From positions 20,700 through 84,699 of the IMG/VR virus record IMGVR_UViG_3300047510_002037: 64,000 bases of DNA. The stretch is one strand, 5' to 3'. Origin of the DNA: a virus. The position numbers were made by a program, and so were the translations under genes. The notes below the pieces were generated by a model. It searched no databases and was not told where the DNA came from. It worked only from the letters and a program-made list of their open reading frames with translations. This document shows positions 40,401 to 50,372 of this stretch, in pieces; the stretch's first letter is position 1; the number at the start of each line of letters is the position of its first letter.

Positions 40401-43400
40401 CTATATTTTTGATAGAAAAACCATTAGAGTTATTAATAGGAATGAATTTTGGAGTATTATTTGATAAGCTATTTGTATTTTTGATGATAGTTACGCCAGA
40501 TTCTGTATTAGATAATATTAAATCAGTGAAAACTTCATTTGTTGCAGAATCTTTTACTATCAAATCCGGAGGAACAACATATCCTTTTCCATTTACAGAT
40601 AATTTTATTTGATCAAATGAATACTTTTGATTCAGAACTAATATATCTGGCAGTTTCGCTGTGGGTCTTAATGTTAGGTCTGATGGATAGTCAAATCCAA
40701 TATCTTGTATTTTAAATCTATTATCCTTTCCTATACTATCACTTTTTGGTTTTATTTTCGCATCTTTTCCTGTTGAAGAGAAAACTTTAGCGAGTCCAAC
40801 CAATCTTTGATAATTGTCTCCACCAGATTCCGTTACTATTTCTTGAATTTTTCCAGTAGTTGTTCTTGAACTGGTCACATAAGAAATAGATGCTGTTGTT
40901 TTATCATAGAAACTCTTTTCTGGAGTTATACCCATCTCCATAGAAAAGAATGTTGCTCCTGCAGAAACAACATTTGACCTTTGCGAATATCCACTAAGAG
41001 AAAAAACTAAACTATTTTTGAAATCAACATTTAAATTATCTGAGAATATTTGTCTCTTTGTGAGTGGTATATTTGTATTTTTTAATGGTACTAGATTGTA
41101 GTATATGGTATATGGTGTTTTATCTGTTACAACTAACTCAGCATATGCGTTCTCGCTGATCCCAATAGATCCATTATATGTTATCTGAAAATTTGTTTCT
41201 CCATCAGAAAGGTATTCATGTTTAAATTGATCGTCTTTATATAATTTAAATTCAAATGCAGAAAATCTTGATACTCCATCAATATACGACAAAGATGGGT
41301 CGTTTAAAAGAAATCTAACTTTCGAATTTCTTACTATTTCTATTGATGGATTTATTTTAAATAATTTACCTGAAGAAGTAGCAGAAGTTATGTTTATTAC
41401 GTTAATATCATCTTTATCTACAATTATTGAATTGTAATATGAATTTGCAAGTTGAATTGTGTCTTTAGTAATGTATATAACATAATATATCTCATCATTA
41501 ACTAATCCACCAAGAGCATTGTTATCATCAGAAACATATATTACCTTATCTCCAGCAGCAAATCCATGGTTTTGTATACTAATAGTATTTTTATCTAAAT
41601 TTATATCCGAGACATTGAATGATTTTGGATTTACCACCAATCTTCTATGTTTATCATTATATCTAATATCAATTTCTGTTGTTTCTACTGAAGTTAAACT
41701 TAATGATACAGAATCTCCAATAGTTAATCCATTATCCTCATCAGTATATGCTGTAAGTATATTATGATAAAGCTCGCTATTAATTATATTTTTATAAGTA
41801 GTTTTAAAGCTATGCTTATATCCAGTACCAACACCAACGTAAAATAATGTATCGGCACCAATATCAGTTGTTAGTCCAACAAATGAAGAATCAGTTGATA
41901 TTCCCAATTTAACAGTAGATAATCCAATAATGTTATTATCAATTTTCGCAACGAAAAGTGCTCCATCAATTTCATTTGATGCATATTGTAAAGATGTAGT
42001 TATTCCATTAATATAAACGTTTATATCAGATCCATCATATGAGTTGTATATAACTTTATCACCAGTCTCTAAACCATGTTCTGGAATATAAATTGTTTTG
42101 GAAGATATAGTGATCTGTGTTAGTCCAATGCCAGGATTGACTAATGTTGCAGTATATCCAATTCCGGATATTGTACCCAAACCAACTGAATCCTGAGGGA
42201 CAAAATATATCTCTCTATTTAAACTTACATTATTAAGAGTGCTTCTTATTTGTGAATTTTTAACATAAAATTTTCTAGGAATTTCAATGAGTTTGCTATT
42301 AGCAGAATGAGCTGTACCAACAGTTTGATCATATTCTCTTTCAACCAATATTCTCAAATCTCTAGACTGGCGATTATCCAATCTTAATACTCTAATCTTT
42401 TCGGAATTGATTTGAAATATATCATTCTCACATAGATACGGAAATCTCAATTTTCCCGATACATTGAAATATGTTACTATTCCAGTAACTGAAGACGGTC
42501 CAACATTTGAATTTAATGTTATTTCTCTTGCATCTATTGTTAAAGATTCAAATGTATTAACAATTGCTTCGGATTGAGTCGAAAATCCAACCAATCTTAC
42601 CTTATCTCTATTTTGTAACCCATGTGGAGTTGTGCAGAATCCAATTAGTCCATTAACTTCTGGTGATTGAGATACTTCAACATTACTAAAGTATTTTAGG
42701 GTATTTTGTACGCGATTAACATTCTTACCAACTAATTCAGAAACTACAGCTGAAGCTCCAACTCCACCAGTAAACGTATTATCGAAGAGTACCTGATCTC
42801 CCACTCTATAGTCGGTTCCGGGAGATAATATATCTACACCATCAATTCTTCCTTTGCTAGAAGCTTCAATTATAGAATAATTTTTTTCTAATTTAGTTGG
42901 ATCTAATAAGTATTCATAACCACTTTCTTGCTTATTTAAATTATAAGGAGTTATATTTCTACGCCACTTTGTAGCATTAATTCCATATTCATCCTGATTT
43001 GCTGTCCTTTCTGAATTAAAAGATATGTACTTGCTGAAATATGAATCTCCAATAATATATGGAAAAGCTGGTAGCTTACTCAATGCAAATGGACCTTCTT
43101 TTTGTAAGGTTGCTTCTAATGTTAAAAAGTATGCATAGGTTCCATTTGGAAATTCTGGAGTTATGCAAAATCTTCCATTTTTTTCATCTAAATCTCCTCT
43201 CCCAGTATATGAAAAATCCTCGATAAAAAATCCAAGAGGATAATTTGGTCTACTTCCAGTATCAATTTTTTCATAACCAGAAACCATTTGTCTAATTCTT
43301 CCTCCAAATGGAGTATCATATCCATATGGACCATATATTGGATTACCATCATAAGCCCATCCTAAAATTGGTGAGTGAAATGGAGTTCTAGTATCATTTT

Positions 43401-46400
43401 GTAGGTCAGTTTGATATTTTAATACTCCTTCTTCGAATTTTTCCCCATAAACCATATTTCTAAGTTTTCTTGGGGCATAAATGTGAACATATTGCAGTCC
43501 ATATCTTTCATTCTTTGAACGCGAAACAAATAAATCATCATTTGTTATTTTTTCTTTTAATAATAAGCTCTCAACTAAATTAATATTCCATGGTTTAATC
43601 TTAAATTCAAATTGAGCACCCTGCGCTGGAGAACTTATCGTTATAGCAGTAGAGTTGCTGTACCCAAATCCTGAATTAATTACTATTACTCTTTTTAATT
43701 TTCCATCGGATATGATTGGAGTAAGAATAGCTCCAGATCCCTTTGCTAATGGAAAGAAAGTAGGATCAAGTATTTTTAAATCTGGAGTTGAATAATAGTT
43801 TTTACCCTCACTTAGTACAATTACGTCTATTATTTTTCCATCATATATTACTGGTTTCAATAAAGCACCTTCACCAGTTAGTATTTCATATGAAGGTTGT
43901 TTATTGAAATTTATAATTTCCTCAGATCCATAAGAACTTCCAGATGAAGTAATATGAGCACCTTTTAGATTGCCTCTAAAGACTGGATTTAATTTACACT
44001 TACATTCATCTTCAAAAATAGAACTTACACCCAAAACACCATCAATATTAATAACCAATGGGGGATACTTAAACTTGTGGGTTCCTGTAGGGGATGATGA
44101 AATTCTTACATACTCACTTCTAAGAAATAATTCTTTTGGATTATTAGAGTTCTCTACTTTTTCGGATAATCTAAAATTATCTTCATCTACAACTGATACG
44201 TAATAATTTTTAGTAGTAGATAATCCAGAAATTGGAGATTGTGTATATTCATATACTATTTCATCTCCACTTCTAAATCTATGATTTAGTGAAGTGATTG
44301 TATATTCTGAAGTATTGATTCCAGATGATGGTACTTCAATTTCATTATTATTAAGTGTTGATCCCCTATCGTAAATTTTTATAGAATTTACGATAGATTT
44401 ATAATTTGTAGATGTTATTCTATGATTGCCTGTGGATAATGAGGTTATGTTTATTGGATTTATTTTTGAGAAAGCTTCAGATTCTGTTAAATGCAACGAA
44501 ACTTTTGTTTTTGAAATTACGGAAATATAATAAAGTGATCCAGACACTAATCCACCTATTTCAGGTTGCCCGTCTGAATAGTATCCAACTAATTCTCCTT
44601 CTCTAAATTTATGAGACTTTCTAAAGTCAATTGTATCTTCTGCTAAATTGATAGCAGAAGATGCTGAGAATATTTCAGAGTGCTCTATATTGAGCATTTC
44701 TGGGAAAACAATGGGTGGTGTTTTCATATTTCCACCAGAAATCGTTATTTTTGGTGTAATAATATAATCAAATCCGGTTTCTAATATATCAATTCTTTCT
44801 AAAAATCCTTCTACTATTGGATAGCAAGAAAAACCAGATCCAATGGGATCTGATACTTTTACTACTGGTGGATTTAATACATCATAATTACTTCCTTCGG
44901 CAATAGAAGTTACCTCTTCTATTGGACCATAGTATATTTTATCCTGTGTTTTATAAGTTTGAATTTCTGTTCCATTTTTAAATATACCAATTCTATCATT
45001 TGGAAAAATATTTTCTACAGTTTCTGCTTTTCTTGGTATAGATATTTTTCTAATTAATTTTTGAGGCTCAACCTGAATAGGGAGAAGAGTGTGATCAACA
45101 TTAGATAATGGTGTAATTTTTGCATAATCCACCACACCTTCTAATTTTACATAGATTTTCTTGTCTAGATTAGATCTACTTCTAGATAATTTAAAGGTAT
45201 TATTATCTACTTTATAGACAAAATATGTATTCTTTATTAAGTTGATATCATTATTGTCTGAAAAGGAATTATAAACTACAGATTCTCCAGTGAGAAATCC
45301 ATGTTTTGGTGCAAATATCAATTCACTATTAAAGTTTCCCCTTAAAACAACTGTTCTTAAATTATTTGAAAGATCCTCATTAAAATAATTTGGTAGCGAA
45401 TGTGAGGTTACATAAGTGTTTTTTGAATAGTCTTGATATGTATTTTGAACATTAGCATTATAATCCGTTCCCTTAAACTTTGTTAGTTTCTTTCTAACAT
45501 AATATGCGTCTATGATCGGTCTATCATTTACTATTCTCAATGATTTTCCTGGTATTGAACCAACACTAACTTCAAATTCTTTATCAATAATCTCTCTACT
45601 ACCGTCAAAATTTATAATTTGAAAATTTAGTTCTACCAAATCACCTGTGTTTATATTACAATCATCAAATGTTATTATATTATATTTTAAATTTCCTTCA
45701 TCTATCGTTTGAAAAACTCTATTCGATATTGGAACATTAAAAATCCAAGAATTCGCCCTAACATCGTTAGATTCAATTCCTAAAGTTTTTATTGAAACAT
45801 AATCATTTGGTTCTGCGTATGGAGTATCAGTCAAAACATCAAGACTGGATAAAACTCCATTAACCTTCATTCTTACTTGATTGCCTTCATCATCATAAGA
45901 ATAAACATATTGATTTGCTGATACCCAAGTTTTTGCTTCTATGCTTCTATCAACTCCGGTACATCCTAAAAATTGATTCGTAGTTTTTGATGTATAATCA
46001 ACAATAAGCCACTCATTTTCCAGATCAATTCCCTCAAATTTAAATAGTAGTTGACCAGAATTTGCAAATGGGAGTGTAGAATCTACATCTAATACTGTTG
46101 CGCCAACAGAAACAGAGTTAATTAGTTGTGTTTGTGGGTGGATACTAAAAGATCCAAAAACAGATCCAGTTACACCAATATCTCTTGAATATCCATAATC
46201 AAGAGACAATCTATAATAATTTGTATTATTTCTTTTAAATTCTTCGATATTTGTTACAGTTCCATAAGCTTTTGGAACTTCGCCATCTTGATCTTGATAT
46301 AGAGTTCTATTTAAAGAATCCCATGGATTACCATCTATTTCATCAACAACTAAGTCTAATGTTACTCTAAAATCAGATGCGGACGGTTTAAATAAAAATT

Positions 46401-47067
46401 CTTTTGGACGAATAACATTAATGTCTTCACCGAAAAGAGCTTTAAATAAAATTTTAAAAGAATCATCAGTTCCTTTAGAACTATAAAAATCTTTAGATTG
46501 TTTTATAAACAATGCTTGATTTAATTCAGAATATAACTCAGTATCTTCAAGACCTGGAAGAAAGTGAGATTTAGCTTTTAATAAAAATTCTTGTAAAAGA
46601 AGGTTATATAAATTTATTACATCGGATCCAGATTCATGAAAAGATATAAAAGTTTTTTCGAATATTAAAGAATCTTTTTTAGATGGGTCTATATATGAAA
46701 TATTTCCACTAAATCCTCTAGTGCATTCTTCAAATGTGGTCTCTGTCTTTGTTTTATAATAGATAATTTCATCATCAATTCTTATTAATCCATTATCTTG
46801 AGGAAATCCTGCAGTAGATTCTACTGCGATAGTGAAATCGAATAAATCTAATTCTTCAGTTAATACTGTAGATTCTTTAGAATTTACTAAATTATCTAAT
46901 TTTTTATATGCATCTATATTCTGAAGTATATCCGCAGGATTTCCGGGTGATTCTAAGTAGTTGTAATATTCTTTTAAAAATTCTATTAGTAAAGGACTTT
47001 CATCTCTAACAAAAGATGGAACCTGTGATTGGACAAGTGAACTGAGTTTTACTGTATTTTTCTTCAT
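34405..47067 (-). CDS. g7: Baseplate wedge initiator gp7 (giant, 4220 aa)
   Basis: Lies between g6 and g8; QVPSFVR...FLKEYY, DFYSSKGT..SFKILF, HSPILGWAYDGNPIYGPYG, QDGDYYQNFSYSIKS. Confidence 0.85.
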   Translation of the reverse strand: MKKNTVKLSSLVQSQVPSFVRDESPLLIEFLKEYYNYLESPGNPADILQNIDAYKKLDNLVNSKESTVLTEELDLFDFTIAVESTAGFPQDNGLIRIDDEIIYYKTKTETTFEECTRGFSGNISYIDPSKKDSLIFEKTFISFHESGSDVINLYNLLLQEFLLKAKSHFLPGLEDTELYSELNQALFIKQSKDFYSSKGTDDSFKILFKALFGEDINVIRPKEFLFKPSASDFRVTLDLVVDEIDGNPWDSLNRTLYQDQDGEVPKAYGTVTNIEEFKRNNTNYYRLSLDYGYSRDIGVTGSVFGSFSIHPQTQLINSVSVGATVLDVDSTLPFANSGQLLFKFEGIDLENEWLIVDYTSKTTNQFLGCTGVDRSIEAKTWVSANQYVYSYDDEGNQVRMKVNGVLSSLDVLTDTPYAEPNDYVSIKTLGIESNDVRANSWIFNVPISNRVFQTIDEGNLKYNIITFDDCNINTGDLVELNFQIINFDGSREIIDKEFEVSVGSIPGKSLRIVNDRPIIDAYYVRKKLTKFKGTDYNANVQNTYQDYSKNTYVTSHSLPNYFNEDLSNNLRTVVLRGNFNSELIFAPKHGFLTGESVVYNSFSDNNDINLIKNTYFVYKVDNNTFKLSRSRSNLDKKIYVKLEGVVDYAKITPLSNVDHTLLPIQVEPQKLIRKISIPRKAETVENIFPNDRIGIFKNGTEIQTYKTQDKIYYGPIEEVTSIAEGSNYDVLNPPVVKVSDPIGSGFSCYPIVEGFLERIDILETGFDYIITPKITISGGNMKTPPIVFPEMLNIEHSEIFSASSAINLAEDTIDFRKSHKFREGELVGYYSDGQPEIGGLVSGSLYYISVISKTKVSLHLTESEAFSKINPINITSLSTGNHRITSTNYKSIVNSIKIYDRGSTLNNNEIEVPSSGINTSEYTITSLNHRFRSGDEIVYEYTQSPISGLSTTKNYYVSVVDEDNFRLSEKVENSNNPKELFLRSEYVRISSSPTGTHKFKYPPLVINIDGVLGVSSIFEDECKCKLNPVFRGNLKGAHITSSGSSYGSEEIINFNKQPSYEILTGEGALLKPVIYDGKIIDVIVLSEGKNYYSTPDLKILDPTFFPLAKGSGAILTPIISDGKLKRVIVINSGFGYSNSTAITISSPAQGAQFEFKIKPWNINLVESLLLKEKITNDDLFVSRSKNERYGLQYVHIYAPRKLRNMVYGEKFEEGVLKYQTDLQNDTRTPFHSPILGWAYDGNPIYGPYGYDTPFGGRIRQMVSGYEKIDTGSRPNYPLGFFIEDFSYTGRGDLDEKNGRFCITPEFPNGTYAYFLTLEATLQKEGPFALSKLPAFPYIIGDSYFSKYISFNSERTANQDEYGINATKWRRNITPYNLNKQESGYEYLLDPTKLEKNYSIIEASSKGRIDGVDILSPGTDYRVGDQVLFDNTFTGGVGASAVVSELVGKNVNRVQNTLKYFSNVEVSQSPEVNGLIGFCTTPHGLQNRDKVRLVGFSTQSEAIVNTFESLTIDAREITLNSNVGPSSVTGIVTYFNVSGKLRFPYLCENDIFQINSEKIRVLRLDNRQSRDLRILVEREYDQTVGTAHSANSKLIEIPRKFYVKNSQIRSTLNNVSLNREIYFVPQDSVGLGTISGIGYTATLVNPGIGLTQITISSKTIYIPEHGLETGDKVIYNSYDGSDINVYINGITTSLQYASNEIDGALFVAKIDNNIIGLSTVKLGISTDSSFVGLTTDIGADTLFYVGVGTGYKHSFKTTYKNIINSELYHNILTAYTDEDNGLTIGDSVSLSLTSVETTEIDIRYNDKHRRLVVNPKSFNVSDINLDKNTISIQNHGFAAGDKVIYVSDDNNALGGLVNDEIYYVIYITKDTIQLANSYYNSIIVDKDDINVINITSATSSGKLFKINPSIEIVRNSKVRFLLNDPSLSYIDGVSRFSAFEFKLYKDDQFKHEYLSDGETNFQITYNGSIGISENAYAELVVTDKTPYTIYYNLVPLKNTNIPLTKRQIFSDNLNVDFKNSLVFSLSGYSQRSNVVSAGATFFSMEMGITPEKSFYDKTTASISYVTSSRTTTGKIQEIVTESGGDNYQRLVGLAKVFSSTGKDAKIKPKSDSIGKDNRFKIQDIGFDYPSDLTLRPTAKLPDILVLNQKYSFDQIKLSVNGKGYVVPPDLIVKDSATNEVFTDLILSNTESGVTIIKNTNSLSNNTPKFIPINNSNGFSIKNIVFNFSTKIVTVTFRTSFSSLNDFPFQVNDNILIEGCKTSTLGSLGRGFNSSEFNYNLFKILSIDPNIGGSNATITYSMQDYVSSDEILGQYDLVTSSGIVVLEKHFPIFTATIKQNDFIEGEEITGLTSKVVGRVSRWDKINELLKVTTIDSYLLGERVVGSKSGSVAEITEIATNELVYNVDATSVVVSGWKDETGFLNNSFQKIQDGDYYQNFSYSIKSRIPLQNWDTTVNSLNHLSGFKKFSDLVIETSDLSFSGISTSQDSGDFLSIAFISEVVDLDCVYDFDIAIDETETIGAKLISNGMIFNSRDLQDYEESIGNRVLVIDDVSEYFNDRPRPNPYSVVTTFKLEQIRSRKFLIFARDKRFTSERQVYLVTFIHDGGQTYINQYGRVETGPILGSFDFDIFGDEARLLFYPVKFRVNNYDLSFVSYDVKDYISGVGNTSIGNIVKVNSTFTPLNAGITTTIASIPLDYRATKILVQIEDSSNIFEFDEITVIHDGTNVEIIDYGQITTESFSEESVSGIGTYNAYISSGNLVVDLIPNILLDADVNTLQVSIASSASGFIEEGSITLNTSQLNSEYVGISTTSSTSPTKIAEFDAGFYDYNGAYLIVSIEDLTNERYQISECVVASDDNSAYNSEFGVLTTNGEIGIITSFLNGSTTEIYFTADSEIDCEVRVYVNTIGIVDTFNLNNEIDLNNARVSTGYGEYEGTESAIRKSFELFHKGNPIFQKKFNGESSDIIDVANNLVQLPQHFFVTGEKVKYSYEIFNEPIGIATTTISGIGLTDKLPEDLYIVKETDLNVKFASSAQNALKLVPEVLTITSVGFGSEHYITAEKQNAKALISIDNMIQSPIVSTATTTTLAYNILTTDDIINVSNNVEFFKSGDFIKINDELMRVAIVGYGTTSTQIYVNRPWLGTSLQNHSAGDLIIKVVGNYNIVDNVINFASAPYGKYPLGSPENRPDSRDWTGITTNSTFSGRTFMRSGIVDGTEEPYSRNYVFDGIQDQFNGITTAFTLTVDGENITGIEQSNALITVKDIFQSPIRTGVVSVTGNYYLGEENDSTTIYFDGNSYSDGLDISVTGLPVSGKITAVGSVGGFGYQTLVAAAGTAVVSASGTIQSIYITNVGSGYRSGIQTVNVGVRTSTNYSDGYNKIGIASISYGRIVSVAITNPGSGYTSSNPPEVVFDDPLSYSNIDLEYSTTSIGKTTGQNARVNVVVGQGSSVIDFEIIDPGFGYEINNILTVAVGGTTGIPREYRGRLLDGANLLSVNKEFIKNEVVGFITNTYPGILTSTDYDESICKRDIGYVVDAISNDLAFGGNYYSVQAGFAYYIGAGGTSYIDGEKTETIAGYNYITNISQYIINNVTVPVSYQSGISSISQIKDLSIDFDESCSPSLYDENCCSDVWYTIGNYVGIITTIIGLGTAYAPTIQSPYSNPTLSLPTTQNFENFEVTVADTDTDEFTGWTIGDIAVLDDISPLFNGFRTRFPIKINGIQKSIKSKTGSLIDVQSTLLVFINDILQVPGIGYIFKGGSIIRFPEPPKPGNTAKILFYRGTGSIDVRDVDILETVKPGDRLRLHSDFIEENQSERSVKDITATDSVETFPYGGEGIIQNPFLERPVNWCRQKNDLIVDGQIIPKSRDLYEAQINPFTNIISDISIGSTFVYVESLKTFFDDKKENAPETYTNVVDIVTQDDTKSAYALASVTSGIVTSINIQDKGFGYTTIPTVSIHSPKSGINTASATAVIVDGKVDFISINDGGSGYDDNNPPLVLISPPLSKSEVAYQVEYSGDFGFISGIGTTSIGVGSTALVFELFIDENSPLRDASVVGEIYDQSTIQIGDYFVINSTNIGFGVTSLDISGNALVTGNQFIDNVYQVAGIDLEPYQVNVSEIISDTARYASFAIGSGSSVTVTEEGTLIVVDRIKVIAPIEDLNGLVINEFLSREFFGEYTWGKVSNLIRPNPEEYSIYKDNGLLGISTSPIVRRTNALKSINYLS

Positions 47068-47074
47068 TTTACTA

Positions 47075-48988
47075 CTATCTTGTTAAGAATCCTTGCGAAT
47101 AACTTGAAGTTCTAATATATGTAGTTCCCGATGGATCGGATCCTGAGGATATACTATCGGAAATCATTATTACTTGGCTGTTTGAAACATCCAACTTTAG
47201 GTATAAATCTTGCAATCCAATAACATCATTAGACTCTGGTAGAGCTGATATTTGAATTATTGGTTGTGAATTTTCTGTTTTTTCTGCGGACTTAATAATC
47301 ACTGGGAATAAATTTATCTCACCCCTATCATAATCAATTGTTCCAGCTTTACTTTTAACAACCTGAGCAGTTCTTGTTCCATATAGTTGGAAGAAAACTA
47401 CATCTCCAGTAACACCATCATCAGAAGGAATATCTCCGAGATAAACAGTTCCATCAATTCCATCAACTTTAAATCCAGAAGATCTAATATTATATCCATA
47501 TTCTTCATTACGTATTATTTGGAAAGAATTTCCAAAGCAAATTTCATATTGAGCAAGTTTGTTGATTTCGGGAACAAAATCTCTTCTAATCTCAACTAAC
47601 GTGATATTAGATGTAATTGATGGGTGACTATCATCTATTATTTTCTGAACTTTACTATACTTAAATCTTGAAACGGTTCCAGACAGTTCAGAAGATGATG
47701 AATATTTATTGAGAGCTTCTATCACTGCAGTTTGTGCAGAGTTTGCTGATAATACTTTATTCTTATTGTAGTATACATTACTTATTATCTCAACATACAA
47801 GAACTTCATATCAATTATTTCATTTTGTATTCCAGACATAGAATATCCCTTAAGGATAGTCTTTAAATTTCTTTTGACTTGTTCTGGTACAAATTGTCCA
47901 AATTTTGGTTTTAATGCAATAAAAACTTTTCCATATTCTGGTGGATCTAGATCTTCTCCACCATAAACTTTGACTGCTTCAGTTTCTGGATAAATGAAAG
48001 GCATTAAAGCTTCATAATCAGATGCTGTAACTGCTCTATTTTGAGCCGCATATACCTTTGTTGCATACTTTTTAATTGATGAAACAGATTCTATCTCTTC
48101 ACCACTTTCGGAAGATATTAGAGTTTCAATTGGTGATATTCCAGAAGTTATAATTTTATCTTCATTATCAAACAATCTTCCACTAAAAGTAAAGTTTTTT
48201 ATACCATTAGCATCAGATCCATTAGTAACAATATATGATACTTCGATATAATTTCCCGTATTCAATTTTTTTCCAAAAACGCCATCACCAAATATTAACT
48301 CATATTTTTGATCCTCTACTTCTTGAACAAAGAAAATATTTGCTTCTGATTGTGCATCGAATAAATTATTGATTAATCTAAACCTATCTGCGCTAGAACT
48401 TAAATTATTAGGTCTAACTAAAACATTCAAGGTTGAAGTATCTACATTAACATTATCAATAACAAATCTTGGGTCTGGAGCAAATGGATCTACAGTAAAA
48501 TAACTTGTTAATAGTATTCCCTCATAAATCGTAATATCTCTAAAAACAGCTAAACCCTCTACAACTGGAACAGTTATATCATCTGGAACAGAGAATGTAT
48601 ATGATGCTTTTCCCAAATTTGATGCAGAGATACAAACCATCCCCTTTTTAAGGGTTAATGTTACTGGTTTCTTAATTTGATCTTCAAATGATACGACAAA
48701 TGATATCTTTGCTCTTGCTGCAACTCTAGACCTTGGGACATATCCAATATTTCTAGCAAGAGAAACAACATTTTCTCTTAATGTAGCACTATCAATAAAA
48801 ACTTCATTGCTAACCATATTAGCATTGAATGAAGTTATGTATGTATTATAAGCCAAAGTATCGATAATTACTGATAAATTAGATCCTTCAAAATCATAAT
48901 CTGTGAAATTTGAATTTGATCTAAGATAATCAACAATCGATTGTTTTATCTCTTGGAAATCTAAATTTGAAAAATTTACTAAGGACAT
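47075..48988 (-). CDS. g6: Baseplate wedge subunit gp6
   Basis: LDFQEIK..I..YLR....FTDYDFEGSNLS, SATLRENVVSLARNIGYVPRS, QNRAVTASDY. Confidence 0.95.
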   Translation of the reverse strand: MSLVNFSNLDFQEIKQSIVDYLRSNSNFTDYDFEGSNLSVIIDTLAYNTYITSFNANMVSNEVFIDSATLRENVVSLARNIGYVPRSRVAARAKISFVVSFEDQIKKPVTLTLKKGMVCISASNLGKASYTFSVPDDITVPVVEGLAVFRDITIYEGILLTSYFTVDPFAPDPRFVIDNVNVDTSTLNVLVRPNNLSSSADRFRLINNLFDAQSEANIFFVQEVEDQKYELIFGDGVFGKKLNTGNYIEVSYIVTNGSDANGIKNFTFSGRLFDNEDKIITSGISPIETLISSESGEEIESVSSIKKYATKVYAAQNRAVTASDYEALMPFIYPETEAVKVYGGEDLDPPEYGKVFIALKPKFGQFVPEQVKRNLKTILKGYSMSGIQNEIIDMKFLYVEIISNVYYNKNKVLSANSAQTAVIEALNKYSSSSELSGTVSRFKYSKVQKIIDDSHPSITSNITLVEIRRDFVPEINKLAQYEICFGNSFQIIRNEEYGYNIRSSGFKVDGIDGTVYLGDIPSDDGVTGDVVFFQLYGTRTAQVVKSKAGTIDYDRGEINLFPVIIKSAEKTENSQPIIQISALPESNDVIGLQDLYLKLDVSNSQVIMISDSISSGSDPSGTTYIRTSSYSQGFLTR

Positions 48989-48999
48989 TTATCTATCCG

Positions 49000-49398
49000 T
49001 TACCTAGTTGGCTGTAATACAAATGATAGTTGCTGTGGGAGTATATCAATACCTACTATTTTGTAAGTAATGTCCACATTTAGAGTATTGTCGTCTGGTG
49101 TATCCAAATCTATAGAAATAATTTCAACTCTTGGTTCATAAGCTTCTATTACAAAACGAATTTCATCTGCAAATATCGGAAGAGTTGCCTCATCAAGATT
49201 TTCAAATAGCAATTTAGATACATTCGATCCCAAATTTGGGTTAAAAAACCTTTCTCCTTTAGATGTCAGTACTAAATTACGAACTGCTCTAGCAATAGCA
49301 CTACCATCTTTAAGAGCAACCAAATCATTTGATATTGGATTTGATTGAAAGGACATACTTATGTCCTTAAATCCGGTTAGTTTTTTCTCGAAGGGCAT
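49000..49398 (-). CDS. g25: Baseplate wedge subunit gp25
   Basis: AIARAVRNLVLT..GERFFNP.LGS, YEPRV; directly upstream of g6. Confidence 0.93.
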   Translation of the reverse strand: MPFEKKLTGFKDISMSFQSNPISNDLVALKDGSAIARAVRNLVLTSKGERFFNPNLGSNVSKLLFENLDEATLPIFADEIRFVIEAYEPRVEIISIDLDTPDDNTLNVDITYKIVGIDILPQQLSFVLQPTR

Positions 49399-49420
49399 CT
49401 AAATTGCTATAATTTAATAT

Positions 49421-49427
49421 TATTTAT
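49421..49427 (-). promoter_or_regulatory. Late promoter ATAAATA for g25-g6-g7
   Basis: 23 nt upstream of the g25 start. Confidence 0.7.
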
Positions 49428-49437
49428 TTACTATATT

Positions 49438-49596
49438 TTATTTTTTTATCTCATATAATGGTTCAGTACCATAATCCCAATCATCATAATCTTCATCGTT
49501 TCTAATTTTCTCATGTAGTTCATTTTGAATAACAAAATTATGCTTTTTGGGGGTCAAATCATCATTATTAATCTCTCTGAGCATCTTTTGTTCCAT
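49438..49596 (-). CDS. Small hypothetical protein, 52 aa (not in the ORF track)
   Basis: MEQKMLREINNDDLTPKK...DYDDWDYGTEPLYEIKK*; CAGGAG Shine-Dalgarno upstream. Confidence 0.7.
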   Translation of the reverse strand: MEQKMLREINNDDLTPKKHNFVIQNELHEKIRNDEDYDDWDYGTEPLYEIKK

Positions 49597-50272
49597 AGAT
49601 TTCTCCTGATTTGAACAAATCAGAACTTTTTACGGGGTTGCTATCCCGAATTTCTTTAATTTCGTAGATAAAATCGTCAGAAGTCTCTATTTTTCTACGG
49701 TTTTCTACAGAATATTCGGTTAAATCTATTTCATACCCTGGATTTTTTGTGATTCTATTTCTAATCCATGCATCATCATACCATAAAATTTTATTATTTG
49801 GATATGCGTAATAATTTCCGTTATCCATTTTAAAAAAATGAGCACATTTATGCTCTGGAGTTTCGCTAAAATTGGTATTTAATGTGGATTTTGATTCCCA
49901 AGACCAATCAAGAGTGAACATATATGTCCCTTCATTCTTTTTTCCTTTATAATTGATTAATTCGGCTCTCAGTCCAGACAATCTAGATCGTACTTGGACA
50001 TCAATATAAGGAGAAAAGCAATCCCACCACATACAGTCTAACAAATCAGGAGCTGGCGCATCTGGTTTCCAGCAAAATGCATGAATAGGTCTCCTTGTCC
50101 AATTAACACCATTTTCCAAAAATGCTTCAAATAAAGGAACACGTTTTTCTATTGATGCTACAGAATGCACATCACATAATGTTACTTCTCCATGACCTTT
50201 TTTATGATTATATAAGAACTCATTGCGAATATAACAAGTAAAAGTTGGAAGGTTATGATTTAAATATGCCAT
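49568..50272 (-). CDS. Conserved cyanophage hypothetical protein
   Basis: 234 aa ORF, MAYLNHNLP...WDCFS...EHKCAH. Confidence 0.7.
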   Translation of the reverse strand: MAYLNHNLPTFTCYIRNEFLYNHKKGHGEVTLCDVHSVASIEKRVPLFEAFLENGVNWTRRPIHAFCWKPDAPAPDLLDCMWWDCFSPYIDVQVRSRLSGLRAELINYKGKKNEGTYMFTLDWSWESKSTLNTNFSETPEHKCAHFFKMDNGNYYAYPNNKILWYDDAWIRNRITKNPGYEIDLTEYSVENRRKIETSDDFIYEIKEIRDSNPVKSSDLFKSGEIYGTKDAQRD

Positions 50273-50342
50273 ATATTTTATTGTACATTGAGATCAAACG
50301 GCTTCCGGTCATCTCCGGTGATACCATACTACTACTTATAAT

Positions 50343-50367
50343 AAAAAAGAGGCATCGAAATGCCTCT
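50343..50367 (-). terminator. Rho-independent terminator
   Basis: Minus strand AGAGGCAT-TTCG-ATGCCTCT followed by a T-run. Confidence 0.85.
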
Positions 50368-50372
50368 GAGAA

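Noticed and set aside
915-47599. Many 60-125 aa + strand ORFs in the structural module
   Set aside because: All lie antisense within long structural genes and reflect codon bias.
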